From positions 330,150,001 through 330,214,000 of the forward strand of contig OZ024742.1 in assembly GCA_964016885.1 (NCBI GenBank): a DNA stretch of 64,000 nucleotides. The letters run 5' to 3'. Below the pieces are notes generated by a model. It was not told the DNA's origin and did no database searches. It worked only from the letters and a program-made list of their open reading frames with translations. The position numbers and the translations under genes are program-made. Shown piece by piece: positions 33,127 to 46,956 of this stretch (positions are counted from its first letter, which is position 1; each line of letters opens with the position of its first letter). This DNA is from Eledone cirrhosa (lineage: Eukaryota).

Positions 33127-33216
33127 TCCTCGACTACGTAGTTTCGTGGCATAAAGAAAAACAATATATCATAAAGATATAGAGTCCTTGCGAGGTCTGC
33201 CGACTTATCAAGAGGA
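33127..33216 (-). ncRNA. Type I HHR with a compensatory U3-A8 core
   Basis: TCCTC-TTGATAA-GTcGGCA..TGCCAC-GAAAC-TACGTA-GTC-GAGGA. Confidence 0.75.
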
Positions 33217-34283
33217 TACCTCATTTTACTAGTCTCAAGAACGCGTCTACACGACGTGAGAAAGAATCCCAAAAGGCGGAGGGAGAGATAGTCACGCGAT
33301 ATAACGGTCGAGAAACAGAGCTAAGCCTCTTATAACCCCGAAGAAAATACCACGGAGGCGGAGGGGGTATTTATATCGAGGCCGTAGAAGAGGTGGTGAA
33401 GAAGGCGAGAAGTATGAGTAATGGAAGCCTTCCAGCTGTCCCCACACTTCAAAGATTGCTCGACCAGAGGGAGTTATTAACAATATAATATAGATACAAT
33501 GATATTAAATAAATGGAAACTATATTTATAAAACCATATTTATTAAATTATATATATATGTCAAGGGTACCAAACACTTTGGTACGATTTCAACAGATAA
33601 AATAGAAAGTGTGTTTTATAAATTTTGACATAGCCAAGGAACATAACTCAACGGTTGAAGTTTGCCTTGGATAGTGGACTTAAAAACAGATTTTTCAAAA
33701 TTGTTAACATGAGTATGCAAATTAATATGTAAATGAGGTTGAGGTATATGTTTGAAAACACGTTATTTTAGACGCTATGGAGAATTTAGATATGTGTTTG
33801 TATTAGTAGGAAAGAGAGAAAAGGAAGAAAAAGAAAAAAAGAAAACAAGAAAAAAGAAAAAAAGAAAAGAAGATCTTATATTTACGTTAATTTGGGGGAA
33901 AACATTTGAATATTTACCTATATTATGTATATGCTTATATGGAGTATTATGTTTGTAAGTATTTATCTTATTACAATATTGTAGTAGATTATGTAAATAA
34001 ATAGGTATTTCAAGTCATGAGGGGAGAACAATTTATAGATTTGAATATAATGTACAGCATTGAAAATGTTTTCATAATATGGTTAATTTAGCGAAGTTAC
34101 GTATATAATAAGTTTACACGGTTGAGAAAGCAAAGATAACTCCAATTCTGTTTGTTAATCGATAAATTTGAAGAGTTAGTGTGAATATTATATTCCAGAA
34201 GACTGTCGAGTACTCTGAATCAGTTATAAACATTTATATTTGTTGAATTAAGAATTACCAACAAATTGAATATCCCTTCTGCT

Positions 34284-34360
<77 letters not shown>

Positions 34361-34370
34361 CATACAATAT

Positions 34371-35424
34371 GAGAGATATATATAGTGCGTTATCAATAAT
34401 ACAGGGAAAAAACACCAGTGTATGGAATCTATAACCTATGAAAGGCAGACTATAGACACGATATTAAAAATATAAATTAAAGCGTAAATAAATACCTCTA
34501 TAACTATATAACACACGTACAAATCCAAAGATATGTTTCACCAAACATCTGTTGAAAGAAATGGTCTAGTCTCGGTTCATCAGCATGTGTAAGGCCATAC
34601 ATTTCAGACAACACTAAGAGAATTTTAAAATTGACTGTCCAGCTACACGTGGGAGAGAGAAGTTACAGCGTGTTTAAGGGCAGTGTAGCAGTGGCTTCTA
34701 AGGGACGAACTGCTAGAAAGAGCAGCCCAAAGCCATTCAGAGAAGTGTGCTCAACCAAACAGAGATAGGAAATACTGTTATTAGGAGCGAAATATCACGA
34801 TAAATTAACGGAGGCATAGGCCCTCGCTATTCCCTGTAAATAATGTGCTCAAAGGAGAAGAGATCCTGAGCTCTTTAAAATACAATATGTTGAAAAGATA
34901 ACACACCAGAGAGAGATATATAGTGCGTTATCAATAATACAGGGAAAAAACCACCAGTGTATGGAATCTATAACCTATGAAAGGCAGACTATAGACATGA
35001 TAATTACAAATATAAATTAAAGCGTAAATAAATACCTCTAACTATATAACACACGTACAAATCCAAAGATACGTTTCACCAAAAATGTTCAACATATTGT
35101 ATTTTAAAGAGCTCAGGATCTCTTCTCCTTTGAGCACATTATTTACAGGGAATAGCGAGGGCCTATGCCTCCGTTAATTTATCGTGATATTTCGCTCCTA
35201 ATAACAGTCTTTCCTGTCTCTGTTTGGTTGAGCACACTTCTCTGAATGGCTTTGGGCTGCTCTTTCTAGCAGTTCGTCCCTCAGAGGCCACTGCTACAGT
35301 GCCCTTAAACACGCTGTAACTTCTCTCTCCTACGTGTAGCTGGACAGTCAATTTTAAAATTCTCTTAGTGTTGTCTGAAATGTATTGCCTTACACATGCT
35401 GATGAACCGGGACTAGACCATTTC
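34371..35424 (-). mobile_element. Non-coding 540-bp HHR unit, partial tandem plus inverted copy
   Basis: 34371 restarts at 34911. About 35088-35424 is inverted to about 34558-34893. TA flank on the left. Confidence 0.8.
34511..34590 (-). ncRNA. Type I HHR, GUA site
   Basis: ACACATG-CTGATGA-ACCGA..TTGGT-GAAAC-ATATC tttg GATTT-GTA-CGTGTGT. Confidence 0.8.
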
Positions 35425-35544
35425 TACCCATGCGCGTTCATATGGTTGTCCTTCCTGTTCCGTATAACCATGACCAGTCCGAGCTGAAGATCCGCTAAGG
35501 TGAGATAATTGTTCTCGGTATGGTGAACTAACGGTTGCGTTACT

Positions 35545-35604
<60 letters not shown>

Positions 35605-35609
<5 letters not shown>

Positions 35610-36033
35610 GCAGATGAGTTTTATTGTAGTACAATAAAGCAATGCAAATATCGGATAAGTAGCACTCTACAGTTTGTAAGACTGGAGTATGAATAATAAT
35701 ATATAGGATGAAAAGATGGTTAAAAGAGTTCCATGTATTTTATTATGCGCATTTCAAAAATAAATATCATCATGCAATAACATTTGCGTTTTCGTCAGAT
35801 AAAATAGGGAGACATGATATGAAGGTTAAACCACACTTGTGAATAGTGCAGTTTTAAATCAACATATCAATATGTTGATTTAAAAATGCACTATTCACAA
35901 GTGTGTTTTAACCTTCATATCATGTCTCCCTATTTTATCTGACGAAAACGTAAATGTTATTGCATGATGATATTTGGTTTTTTGAAATGCGCATAATAAA
36001 GTACATGGAACTCTTGTAAGCATCTTTTGATCT

Positions 36034-36040
<7 letters not shown>
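35605..36040. mobile_element. Hairpin insertion in (TA)n with an HHR in each arm (35738-35804 -, 35933-36001 +)
   Basis: Arms about 35700-35867 and 35871-36040. TTTTAT-CTGACGA-stem II-GAAA-TGCGCA-TA-ATAAAG. Confidence 0.85.
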
Positions 36041-36085
<45 letters not shown>

Positions 36086-36873
36086 TCATAAACGGAGAAA
36101 GCTAATAGCGATACTCCGGCCAAATTCCAACTCACTCAATAAACATTAGGAAATATCTGAGTATATTCCTAATTAAGAGTTCGGGTGCTAACTATATTAT
36201 ATTGTGTGGAGAATTGGCTGTATCATTTCATATGAGATATATCAAATATATCACTTCCCAGACGACTCGTTTCATTATAATATTTCTACAAGTTGGATGA
36301 AATTATACCAAATTATGTAGAAGCTTGTATAAGATCAACAGATACTTATACAATATATATATATATCATGTTTCTAGCTATTATATATGGAAATAGTATA
36401 TATAGTAGGGACGTGAATAAAGAAAAATTACTGAAGGTATTCATAATAGTCCAAGTAATGTATATTATCATAAGAGAGCTCTTTGTCCGTCAGCCTAACT
36501 GGCATCATCTTTCCCACATGATCGCCGCCTAGTAAAACATATTTTTTCTCACCTCCTTCTTCTTATATAGAATGTGTTTACCATCATCCCTTTCTTATAT
36601 AACTACTATAAAACATACACCTGATGATGTCATAAGGAAACTACGTAAACTGGACATTGAAATGCACAAAGTATGTGCATAAAAAAAAAAAATTGAAGAA
36701 ATTTCCCCTGTATTTTAATCAATAATAATGAACTCCGTTCCCGCACCAGCAACAGTATTCAACACCAAAGATGGACGGGTTGCGTAGCATCGAGTGCTAT
36801 TTCCTTCTAACACATCATGGTTAAATATACGGAATGACCATTTCTATCCAATGGAGAACCTCCAAACATAAAC

Positions 36874-36975
<102 letters not shown>

Positions 36976-37915
36976 ACATAGGTATCCACAGTAAGTTGTG
37001 GGGTCTATTCTGCATGAAGAACTCGATGTAATCCATGTTGAAAATGTTTTAATTAAGGTAAATCTCGGAAAACAATAAAACATTAAAAGGAAAAGCGTCA
37101 TGATATAAGTTATTCGTTGTTTTAACTTACATATATATATATATATATATAACAGCCAAAACGGCTTAGCACTGCTGTATATGTACATATATATGCGTGT
37201 TAGTGTATGCTTCTCCGGAAATATTATGCACATTGTCTCTTTCTTAGCGACATCAGATGTATTTATATTGTAAAACATAAACGAAAAAGAAAAGAACACT
37301 GTTTATCTAGACATCTTTATTAATTAATTTGAGTAGCAGGATATAGAGGGGCACATAATAAGCCACATATATTTAGAGAAACAAGATAACGTGTGGGTGA
37401 GTGTAAATATTTATGTAAATGACAAAATAGCTTCAAGATTCTCTCAATAGAAATTATTTTTTGAGAAAATAGTTTTCGTTCTGTTTGATGTAGTAAAATT
37501 TGTTTTTAATAATCAATAAATCGCCAACCCCAAAACATTAAATATAAAAAATAAATAAATAAAAAAGTTTAATTAAATTCCTCTATCTCTTTTGGTTTTC
37601 GTTTTGTATATGTTATCTAGATTTTTCCTCATAAATCAAGTTTATATTTTATAATCGTGCTAATTTGGTTATTGTGTGAACTCTAACCAGCAAAGCAAAT
37701 ATATAATAAATAGAAAAACATAAAAATGATCACTTATATAAAAGCAAATAATGAAAGCAATATAAAAATACAAACAAAACATATCCAAATATTCATATAA
37801 AATACTGTTTGTGTATGATGGACATTGATGTGTAATGATTTGGAATTTAATAACGCAGTCCTTTATTTCTGTTTTAATCATTTTTGGTACTTAGTACCAT
37901 CTTAGTGTGACGGTA

Positions 37916-37960
<45 letters not shown>

Positions 37961-39415
37961 TGTATGTCTGAGAGAGAGCATATGATTATATGTTTGTTTG
38001 TGTCTGTGATTGGGTATGTGTATGTGTTTGTGAAAGTGTGTGATTTTGACTTGTATTCTTCTATGAATAGCGTGTGTTTAAGTGTCTTTCTGAATGTTTG
38101 TGTCATTATTTCATTTTGTAATGTAGACGAAATTGATTAAATATTGATAGCTACTTTGTAATCCAATCAATAAGATTAAAGAATCATACCACGTGACACC
38201 AGAGTGGATTAATATTTTGTTAGAAAAACAAACACTAAGAACAAAGAACACATCACCATCAAATATAAATATGAAATAAAATAGGAACAACATTAGAATA
38301 TTTTTCATTGATTGATTGATCAGTCGGACCTTCATGATAGATTTCTATTTCTCATTTCATAATATTCTTATTATTTCTGACATTAAAATATTTTTTAATG
38401 TTTTCATTTGCAGTTCATAATCTTTGCTTCGCAATGGGTGTGAACCATATATTATAAACTTTTCTCTATAACACGCCCAGTAATTACATTAAAAGTTAAA
38501 ACTACGGAGCAGCAACAACAACAGTAACAATTTTAATGTTATTAAGCATTTGTTTAGACTAAAAATCAAATTAATTTTCTGTGATTATATTTGTTAGGAG
38601 GTCTTATTTGATCTTAACGTGAGAATAGCTTTAAATACTAAAATTATTGATGAAAGACACGATTTCGACTTCAGCGCTGTTTGAATAAGATCAGAAAATG
38701 AAACTAAATTTCATAACAAACAAGAGAGAAGGTATTCAATGCCATCTCTGTCTCCATCCTCCTCATATGAGTACATGATATCCCATACCCTTGGGTTGTG
38801 CGAGATTTCAAATGGCCTTAGGTCAGATAAATGGACAAAATTAGAAACGCAAACCACATGCACACACACACAAATGCACTATATACAAAACCCGAATACA
38901 TGCAGAGCACACGCGTATCCCTTAAAAATATGCAATAAATACTTCTGTTTCTAAACATCTCTAATTCATAAGATAGCCACGTGCTTTTCCTAAAGAAACA
39001 TGTTCTGTCCCATCTACTCATTTTTTATTATTATTTCATCTTTTCTTTCTTATTCTATCTTTTGATGAAGGACTAGTGTCCCCGATGCACATTCACATTT
39101 CCTATTACATTAAGCGTGAAACTAATTTATTTCCATATCGTTCTGGGTTGTCTTCTTTGGTGTTTTCGTTTACTGATATTGAAGAAGCTCTAAAATCATC
39201 AACTGAATAATTTGTCTCATTTCACTAACTATTACACACGCACACATACGTACACGAACGTACACACACATATATATATATTTTTAGGAACGATCGACTT
39301 TCGTCAAATCGGACCGAGGGAACAATGTTTCCGTTGGTCTTTCCAATTGCTAATACTATCTATCGGTCGCAACTCCAGGTAGAATATATATAGATATACT
39401 TATATAATATAATAT

Positions 39416-39482
<67 letters not shown>

Positions 39483-39869
39483 AATTTTTAAATATAAGGA
39501 ACCTGTTCTTTGTTTTTATTTCATTGTGTTTATTAATGTATATATAGATGTGGTGCTGCTATTGTTGATATTGTTGCTATTGTTGGTGGTGCTGGAAAGT
39601 AATTTGAACGAACATTGCAGCGACATCCTTCCCTTAAACTTTTGCTTTTAAAACTGCATAAACGGTAATTAGTAAGTCCACTTGCTTTAATTGGCTTCGC
39701 TATGTATATATCATAAGTGAAAAATGATTATGAGGTGTTCGTTTAGATTACTATACTGTCATCCACCCCTCACTGAATTTGTATAATATGTTCTATACGT
39801 AGGTGCTCCTCTGAATGAGATTATATTAACGATTCCTTTTCTTTGAAAAGTAATGTATATTCGTGCCTA

Positions 39870-39902
<33 letters not shown>

Positions 39903-39903
<1 letters not shown>

Positions 39904-40275
39904 GTTATTCCGGATTTAATCGGAGGTAACCACAGTAAGTAAGGTACTCAATACATAGCAGAGTATAAACGTATCAATATAGCTGAGATTCTACAGGACT
40001 AGAACTGTTTCATTCTTTAGAAATCATCAGGATTCTGGCTTTCCAAAAATAGATGTTGTGGTATTTATATCTTTTGAGGTGGTAGGAGAGGGCGGGGAGT
40101 GGGGTGGGTTGAGGTCATTTCTTTCAAACAATGACCTCCACCCATCCCACTCCCCACCCTCTCCTACCACCTGAAAAGATATAAATGCCACAGCATTTAT
40201 TTTTGGAAAGCCAGATTCCTGATGATTTCTAAAGAATAAAACAGTTCTAGTCCCATAGAATCTCAGGTATATTAA
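39903..40275. mobile_element. Fold-back insertion with HHR motifs (39986-40036 -, 40213-40263 +)
   Basis: Consensus AGATTC-CTGATGA-tTTCT aa AGAAt-GAAA-CAG..CTG-TA-GAATCT. Each arm carries different mutations. Confidence 0.75.
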
Positions 40276-40282
40276 AATTATG

Positions 40283-40328
<46 letters not shown>

Positions 40329-40392
40329 TATATATATATTGGGAGAGGAAATAATGTATATATTTTATCAAATTATTCAATGGAGATACTTT

Positions 40393-40427
<35 letters not shown>

Positions 40428-40514
40428 ATAATAATAAATGTGTAGACTAAAATCCAAAGAGGACTCGATAAGGATATTTATATATCAAATCTATAAGAAC
40501 TGTAGAGCAAATAT

Positions 40515-41205
40515 TTATTAAAATAACAGATTAAATTTAAGCAAATAATCGCAGCATTCACACTTAAGGGGATCTTCTGAAACTAACAAATTGAATCTGT
40601 GAACGCAGAAATGAATATTTCAAAACCGTTGCAACCGGAGGAAGACAAGAAGACGATACTTTGGTTCGTGGAAACGTTCCCTGGCAAAGAACGGGAAATA
40701 ACGAATATAATACGTCATTATTTGGATCGGTGAAAAACAATTACACGCAAAGACAAAACCACGTTTATGGTATAAAAGAAGTCGTAGACTAATATTCTCT
40801 TAGGTGGTTCATAGAGACGTTCTCTGGCAATGAACGGAAAAAACGAAGATAATACGTCTTATGTGGTGCGTAGAGAACAATTGCACGCAAAGACAAAACC
40901 ACGTAAATGGTATAACTGAAGTCGTACACTAACATTCTAACTAGAAACCGAATGATTCTCCGCTTCAGAGTCAAGAATAAAGTAAATAAAATATAGAGAT
41001 AATTGAAATTAAATAAATACATACACGCATCCATATACGTACATACACAAGCATACGCGAAAATACTCGCCATAGGTATACAAATACATGCACATCTTCA
41101 TATGTGTGTGTGTGTGTGCGTGTATACAAATAATTAAATAAGCGTATATAAATAAATAAATACGTATATAACAAGCGCACACACATACCTACATTTAAAT
41201 ACACA
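40515..41205 (-). mobile_element. PLE 3' UTR/pLTR copy (family of 62032-63578) with an internal tandem repeat of about 135 bp
   Basis: Inverted match to about 62890-63578. A 40-bp terminal stub of the same family sits at 31178-31217. Confidence 0.85.
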
Positions 41206-41224
41206 GATATATATATATATATAT

Positions 41225-41503
41225 ATTAAAGTGTTAAACGATATTCAATGAATGAATTTTACAGTAGATTGGAATCAACTCTACGGAAAAATATATTATA
41301 CATATTTCGGATGTACAGCAGTACGTCCTCATCAGACAAAATATAATGATACATGATTAAATATTAACCATTTGACATCTCTGGGTATGTCATGTATCAT
41401 TATATTTTGTCTGATGTGGACGTACTGTTGTACATCCGAAATATGTATAATAAAAAGTAATTGATCAAAAGAACATCTATTTTATTAATATTTATGTTTT
41501 AAT
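41225..41503. mobile_element. Small fold-back with a minimal HHR in each arm (41294-41341 -, 41405-41455 +)
   Basis: TTTTGT-CTGATGA-GGAcGTAC tgct GTACaTCC-GAAA-TATGTA-TA-ATA. The plus copy has A9 mutated. Confidence 0.8.
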
Positions 41504-41509
41504 ATATAT

Positions 41510-41573
<64 letters not shown>

Positions 41574-42914
41574 ATCATGAACACAGGCAGTTCTGTGTGA
41601 CATATAAGGATTAAAATCAAATTATACACTCATTTATTATGGGTGATAATTGACACGACGATTTCTCAAGATGCACGTTCAGTTCACGCACAAACAGGTG
41701 ATCTCACTTTTGTGGCCCAAATTTCATTATACATAGCACCGTTTTCATGAAACTCACTCTTACATAAACAGGAAAGTTCGCTCCAAATTAGGAATAAAGG
41801 ACCTATCGACAATGTTCCTTTTATTACTGCCATTCACCTCACTGGATACATACATCATGTAGCCAAACGCTGACCTAGTTCTCTCTGCCCAACACCCTTT
41901 ACGACTCTTTGCTTCAACCTGTCAAATTTCATGGAAATAATAGGACACGCATGAACGTAGCAAAACATGACCGTCCATTCATCATTATATCTGGTAAATT
42001 CGATACATTATATTTTCGAGTTAATTTATAGGAAGGTTTATGCGTGCTGTGACCGTGCGAATGTGCAACCACCTATGCCAGTTCTCTTGAACTCTTGTAT
42101 GTGAACGATACAATTATAACCTCAGTATGGACAGAATTCCAGCAGAATTTGACTTTGATTGAGGTGATTGGGGACAACTCATTAGATATTACATGCACAG
42201 AATGGATAATAGAGATTCGGTATTGAACTGGATCAACCCCCACCGAGAAGCAGAAAATAATCCAATATTTGAAGTGGAGGCAACAGACTATAGTATAAAT
42301 ATTAATGTGTAATAGTTCCTGAAATGAAACAAGTTACTCAGTTGATGATTTTAGAGCTTTTCCTTCAATTGATTTTAGAGCTTTTCCTTCAATATCAGTG
42401 AAGTACTCCAAATAAATTATGAACCGATGATTAGTCGGGAATCGAAATATTTTCTGGTGGTAAAGAGAAAACCAAATGATATTGGTGAACCCTTTCCGTT
42501 GTGTTAATAATTAATTTATTCTTGACATCCAGTCAAATCACTCTGGTTTCTTAGAGGCAAATGTCCATTTATGTAACCCACCAGCTGTTTCTTGCTAGTA
42601 GCATATAACATGGAAATAATGTATCTGTAATTTGCAAGCGGAAATACTCCAGTCATGAGAGTATTGTGACAAAAGTACTCAGTTGTACATTTACTTTACT
42701 AATGGGAAGCTATTGTAGCGTTTATTGTCAGCACTACATCATAATTTCATTCACTGTAACGTGGGCATGCCATCGTTCGGTAAAAACACATCTGCTCCAT
42801 GTTAGCTCTAAGTTAACCCAAACTTTGTAAGTAGATATCACCATTTTGCAGCTTTACGAACATTCTACACTATGTTATCATCCAGGTATAATTATGATAT
42901 CATAGATATATTAA

Positions 42915-43085
42915 CTGAGAGAGTCATAAAGGCAGAGTCCTCAACACTCCTTCTAGCGGGGCCTGTCAGAAGCAACCGTCTCCAACTGACTCGGCTGGAT
43001 GCCCAAGCATGTCCAGCCAAGCCCGTGGGTGTTATCCAACCATCTTGCTCGGCGCCTAACCCTGGGTTTTATGCCAATTGGTTTT
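42915..43085 (-). mobile_element. Decayed RTE 3'-end fragment
   Basis: Translates PIGIKPRVRRRARWLDN...W..LGIQP..L..VASDR, resembling the RTE C-terminal GRP..RW.D / A.DR..W motifs. Confidence 0.55.
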
Positions 43086-43181
43086 GCCGTTAACATCGTT
43101 GCAGCGACATTTTCCTGCGATATTCTAAGCACATGCCTATAATATCGCAGATGAGACCTCTCAATTCCACGTATTATATAA

Positions 43182-43260
43182 TTGTTTCTACTTTTGGCAC
43201 AAGGCCATTAATTACAGTATTACTGGTACTTTATTTATCGACCCCGTAAGGATAAAAGGT
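43182..43260 (-). mobile_element. SINE 3' fragment
   Basis: Same body as the other SINE copies. Confidence 0.75.
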
Positions 43261-43417
43261 ATCATATAATGTACGTTCAAAATCTGCGACAGCGTTAGTG
43301 TGGGCGTATTTCAGAACTTTCTCGACACAGATACCTCGAGTCATATATTTGAATAGAGATGAACGACAATAATAATATATATTATAGTGTTGAAATCTCG
43401 AGGACCCATGAGACAAT

Positions 43418-43433
43418 AGTAGTAGTAGTAGTC

Positions 43434-43511
<78 letters not shown>

Positions 43512-43735
43512 AAGTCGGTGGCAGTGGAGCTAGCAGCAGCAGCAGCAGCAGCAGAAGAAGAAGAAGAAGAAGAAGAAGAAGAAGAAGAAGAAAGAAGAAG
43601 AAGAAGAAGAAGAAGAAGAAGAAGAAGAAGAAGAAGAAGAAGAAGAAGAAGAAGAAGAAGAAGAAGAAGAAGAAGAAGAAGAAGAAGAAGAAGAAGAAGA
43701 AGAAGAAGAAGAGAGAAGAAGAAGAAGAAGAAGAA
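43418..43735. repeat. Compound (TAG)n (GCA)n (GAA)n microsatellite
   Basis: Seen directly. Confidence 0.95.
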
Positions 43736-44031
43736 ATGTAACCAAACTCTTCTATAATCAAAACACATGGGAAGTGATATTCTCTATTCGTAAAACAAGA
43801 AATGCCCAGCAAAACAAGTAGATGTAATGAGAGAAATGGAAGATAGTATTTCCATTATGTTTATTAATTAATAAGCATTGTTATGTTTCCATTTCGACCA
43901 ATATCTTGCCGCTTGGCCCACAAAATATTTTTCATAACAGACAATTGAATTTGTGTAGATAATATATCACACCTAATAAAAACCAACCTGACGTCTATCT
44001 CAGAATGTATGTATGTATGTATGTATGTATG

Positions 44032-44062
<31 letters not shown>

Positions 44063-44088
44063 TTATGTAGGTAGGAACTAGGTAGGTA

Positions 44089-44288
44089 NNNNNNNNNNNN
44101 NNNNNNNNNNNNNNNNNNNNNNNNNNNNNNNNNNNNNNNNNNNNNNNNNNNNNNNNNNNNNNNNNNNNNNNNNNNNNNNNNNNNNNNNNNNNNNNNNNNN
44201 NNNNNNNNNNNNNNNNNNNNNNNNNNNNNNNNNNNNNNNNNNNNNNNNNNNNNNNNNNNNNNNNNNNNNNNNNNNNNNNNNNNNNNNN
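44089..44288. other. Assembly gap (200 N)
   Basis: Run of N. Confidence 1.
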
Positions 44289-46143
44289 CATTGTTATTAT
44301 CTCTTAAGACACCATGTGGTCGTCCTCTACCTACTCAGATATCACGCAGCTTGCAAAAGCACATTCCCTGGTCACATTTCTCGAAACATCTGTACATTTG
44401 AGATATGTCACCTCCACGTTTGAGCTGTCGAAATATGTTTTTCAAAGCCTTGTCAGTGTATGACAGTTTATTAGCTGAGTCTCAGTTAATATAATGTTTT
44501 CTTCCAGCAACCTGACCAACTACGTTCTAATAATTCTTACAATGATTCCCTTATATACAAGGCCAGAGAGAGAGATGCATACTATGTTAAACAACGTATG
44601 TTCTTTGCCCGTATGGGTTGGTCATGTTATGCCTCTTTTTTATATTTTTCGAAGACATTGCATTTTCGCTAAAGAATTAACTGAGCAGATCAATAATAAA
44701 AGCAATCGTAGTAGGCTTCGTTCGACTAAATCACAAGACTAAATCTACTGCACATGTCAGATTTACTGTGCAACTTTCAGTTATAACTTAGGCACCAAGC
44801 CAGATATATATGAAACTGAAATGTGTCTATTGTTGAGAGTTTCCCTTTTCAATACTTTGCATTTTGTAATATCTGAAATTTGTTGAAGTGAGTAAAGCAA
44901 ATAATATATAGCAATTTCAAATGTTGATTAGCCAAGGGTTAACATATCTCTAAAATCATATATTCTTTATTTCTTACACTTGCTAGTGTGTTCACTAATT
45001 ATAGATAAAGGTGAGTAGTTGAGTGGCGTTAGAACATCATATAAAATGTTGTACGCTCTTTCGTCAGGGCTATGCATGATGTACCTGATAAGATATGAAG
45101 TAAACCCATTCTTCCATATAATTCCCACTTTCTTTCATTCCATCTAAAAACATTCACAATGATTCTCTCTCTTAATTTAAAATAAATCGGCTATTTTCAG
45201 AATTGAATGGGAATGTGCTGGAAAAGATTATGAAACCAAGACACGTATGTCGTGACAGCTCCCGTGGGAGTCTACGAGAAATTAATTTATAGACCACACC
45301 ATTATCACAGATGTTGACACTTCACTAATTATGATTATATCAAATTATACTAGAAACTTATGTTTGAGAACATTGTTTATCTCTTCAGTGGTGAGAAATT
45401 TACAGTCTTACATATAGCATTGGACCTATTCAAGTTGGCAGTTAGAAGAGTCTTTAGAGCGTCATATATTTTCACGCTCTCTCCTCTCTGTTTTTAAATC
45501 CTGCACTGACCAACTTTGCATTTCATCCGTTGGGAACCGATCAACAAGTTGTCAATCAAAGTGTATTGGCTCAATGGTTAAAGAGCGCTTTCTGGTATCC
45601 GATCCGGCTTTGTATATTCTGTTTTACCATCCAGGTGTAGCGGCCAGGTGTTGTGTTCGATATCAGTATTATATCAGTATTATATCAGTGTTATAAAAAA
45701 GACCGAGGACGATTGGTACATTTCATACTTATTCGACGAGGAGATCGAAGGATAATTCTACTTTTCTAGACATGTTCCGGAATTAAGGCGAATTATACAA
45801 CATTTAAGTTAAATTCTAACACAAAGCATAAAGCAATAATCTGTGACAATACATTGTTGATATACCTTGGAGGCTAGACGTATATACATTAGTTTAATAG
45901 ATATTTCTCTTGATAACTGGAAACCTAAATACAAATACATCCTTCTAAATTCCCCAGGTTTTTATGAATATTCAGGTCGTTAGACATTGTTTAACCATAA
46001 TAAAACTATAGTTTATTAACCTCATAAGAAGACACATATAATTGTATTGGAAAAAACTCACATATACATATTCATGCTTATGTATAAATATGCATATCAA
46101 CACACGGATACAGAAATATATCCGTGTGGTGTAATGTGCGCGC

Positions 46144-46221
<78 letters not shown>

Positions 46222-46225
<4 letters not shown>

Positions 46226-46845
46226 ACTATACATTGATTGATATATGTATATATTTAAAATAAACACATGAAACAATCACAGGGGATAATGTGTAAAGTG
46301 TGTAAGCACACATAGCTATCTAGGTAACTAATTAACCTTTAACTAGAACTTCAAATATTACCTTTTAAAAAGATTAATCTTCCTTGTATATATTTCATTA
46401 AAGAAATATATTTCACCATTAATCCGTAAACTCACAGTAGTCAAAACGGATCTTCAGCAAGAGAGGATGTAACTATCTGTGTTTACACATCCAATGCAAA
46501 TCTGCGAATGATCTGTCGCAAGTGTTGCATTTTTAAAACTACACACATCGTGCCAGCCTCATCCCAGTTACGTGGATAGGGTTATCGACGGATGTGTAAG
46601 CACAAATAGTTAAATTTCCTCCCTTGCTGAAGATCCATTTTAGTACTGTGACTTTACGGATTAATGGTGAAATATATTTCTTAATGAAATATATAGAAGG
46701 AAGATTAATCATTTTTAAAAGGTAATATTTGAAGTTCTAGTTAAACTTTAATTAGTTACCTACCTAGCTGTTTACAAATGATCCCCTGTGATTGTTTCAT
46801 GTGTTTATTTTAAATATATATGTCAATCAATTTCTAGTTCATATA
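46222..46845. mobile_element. Fold-back insertion with HHR-like motifs (46382-46462 -, 46622-46700 +)
   Basis: Arms about 46225-46492 and 46589-46845. CCTTG-CTGAAGA...GAAA-TATA-TA-CAAGG. Confidence 0.7.
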
Positions 46846-46956
46846 AAATGCTCGGATCTATTCATTGGAATCGTTGAGCTTATTCTACGGTGGATATGGC
46901 GCATGTCTCGGACATGACCCTTAATTTAATTTAATTTTGGATATATATATATTTAT

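Noticed and set aside
35483-35540. CTGAAGA...GAAC second HHR candidate
   Set aside because: GAAA is incomplete and stem I is not formed.
36621-36650. CTGATGA...GAAACTACGTA hammerhead-like words
   Set aside because: No stem I or stem II pairing.
43231-43812. Poly-V/A/E/R and poly-L/F/S ORFs
   Set aside because: Trinucleotide microsatellites with no domain evidence.
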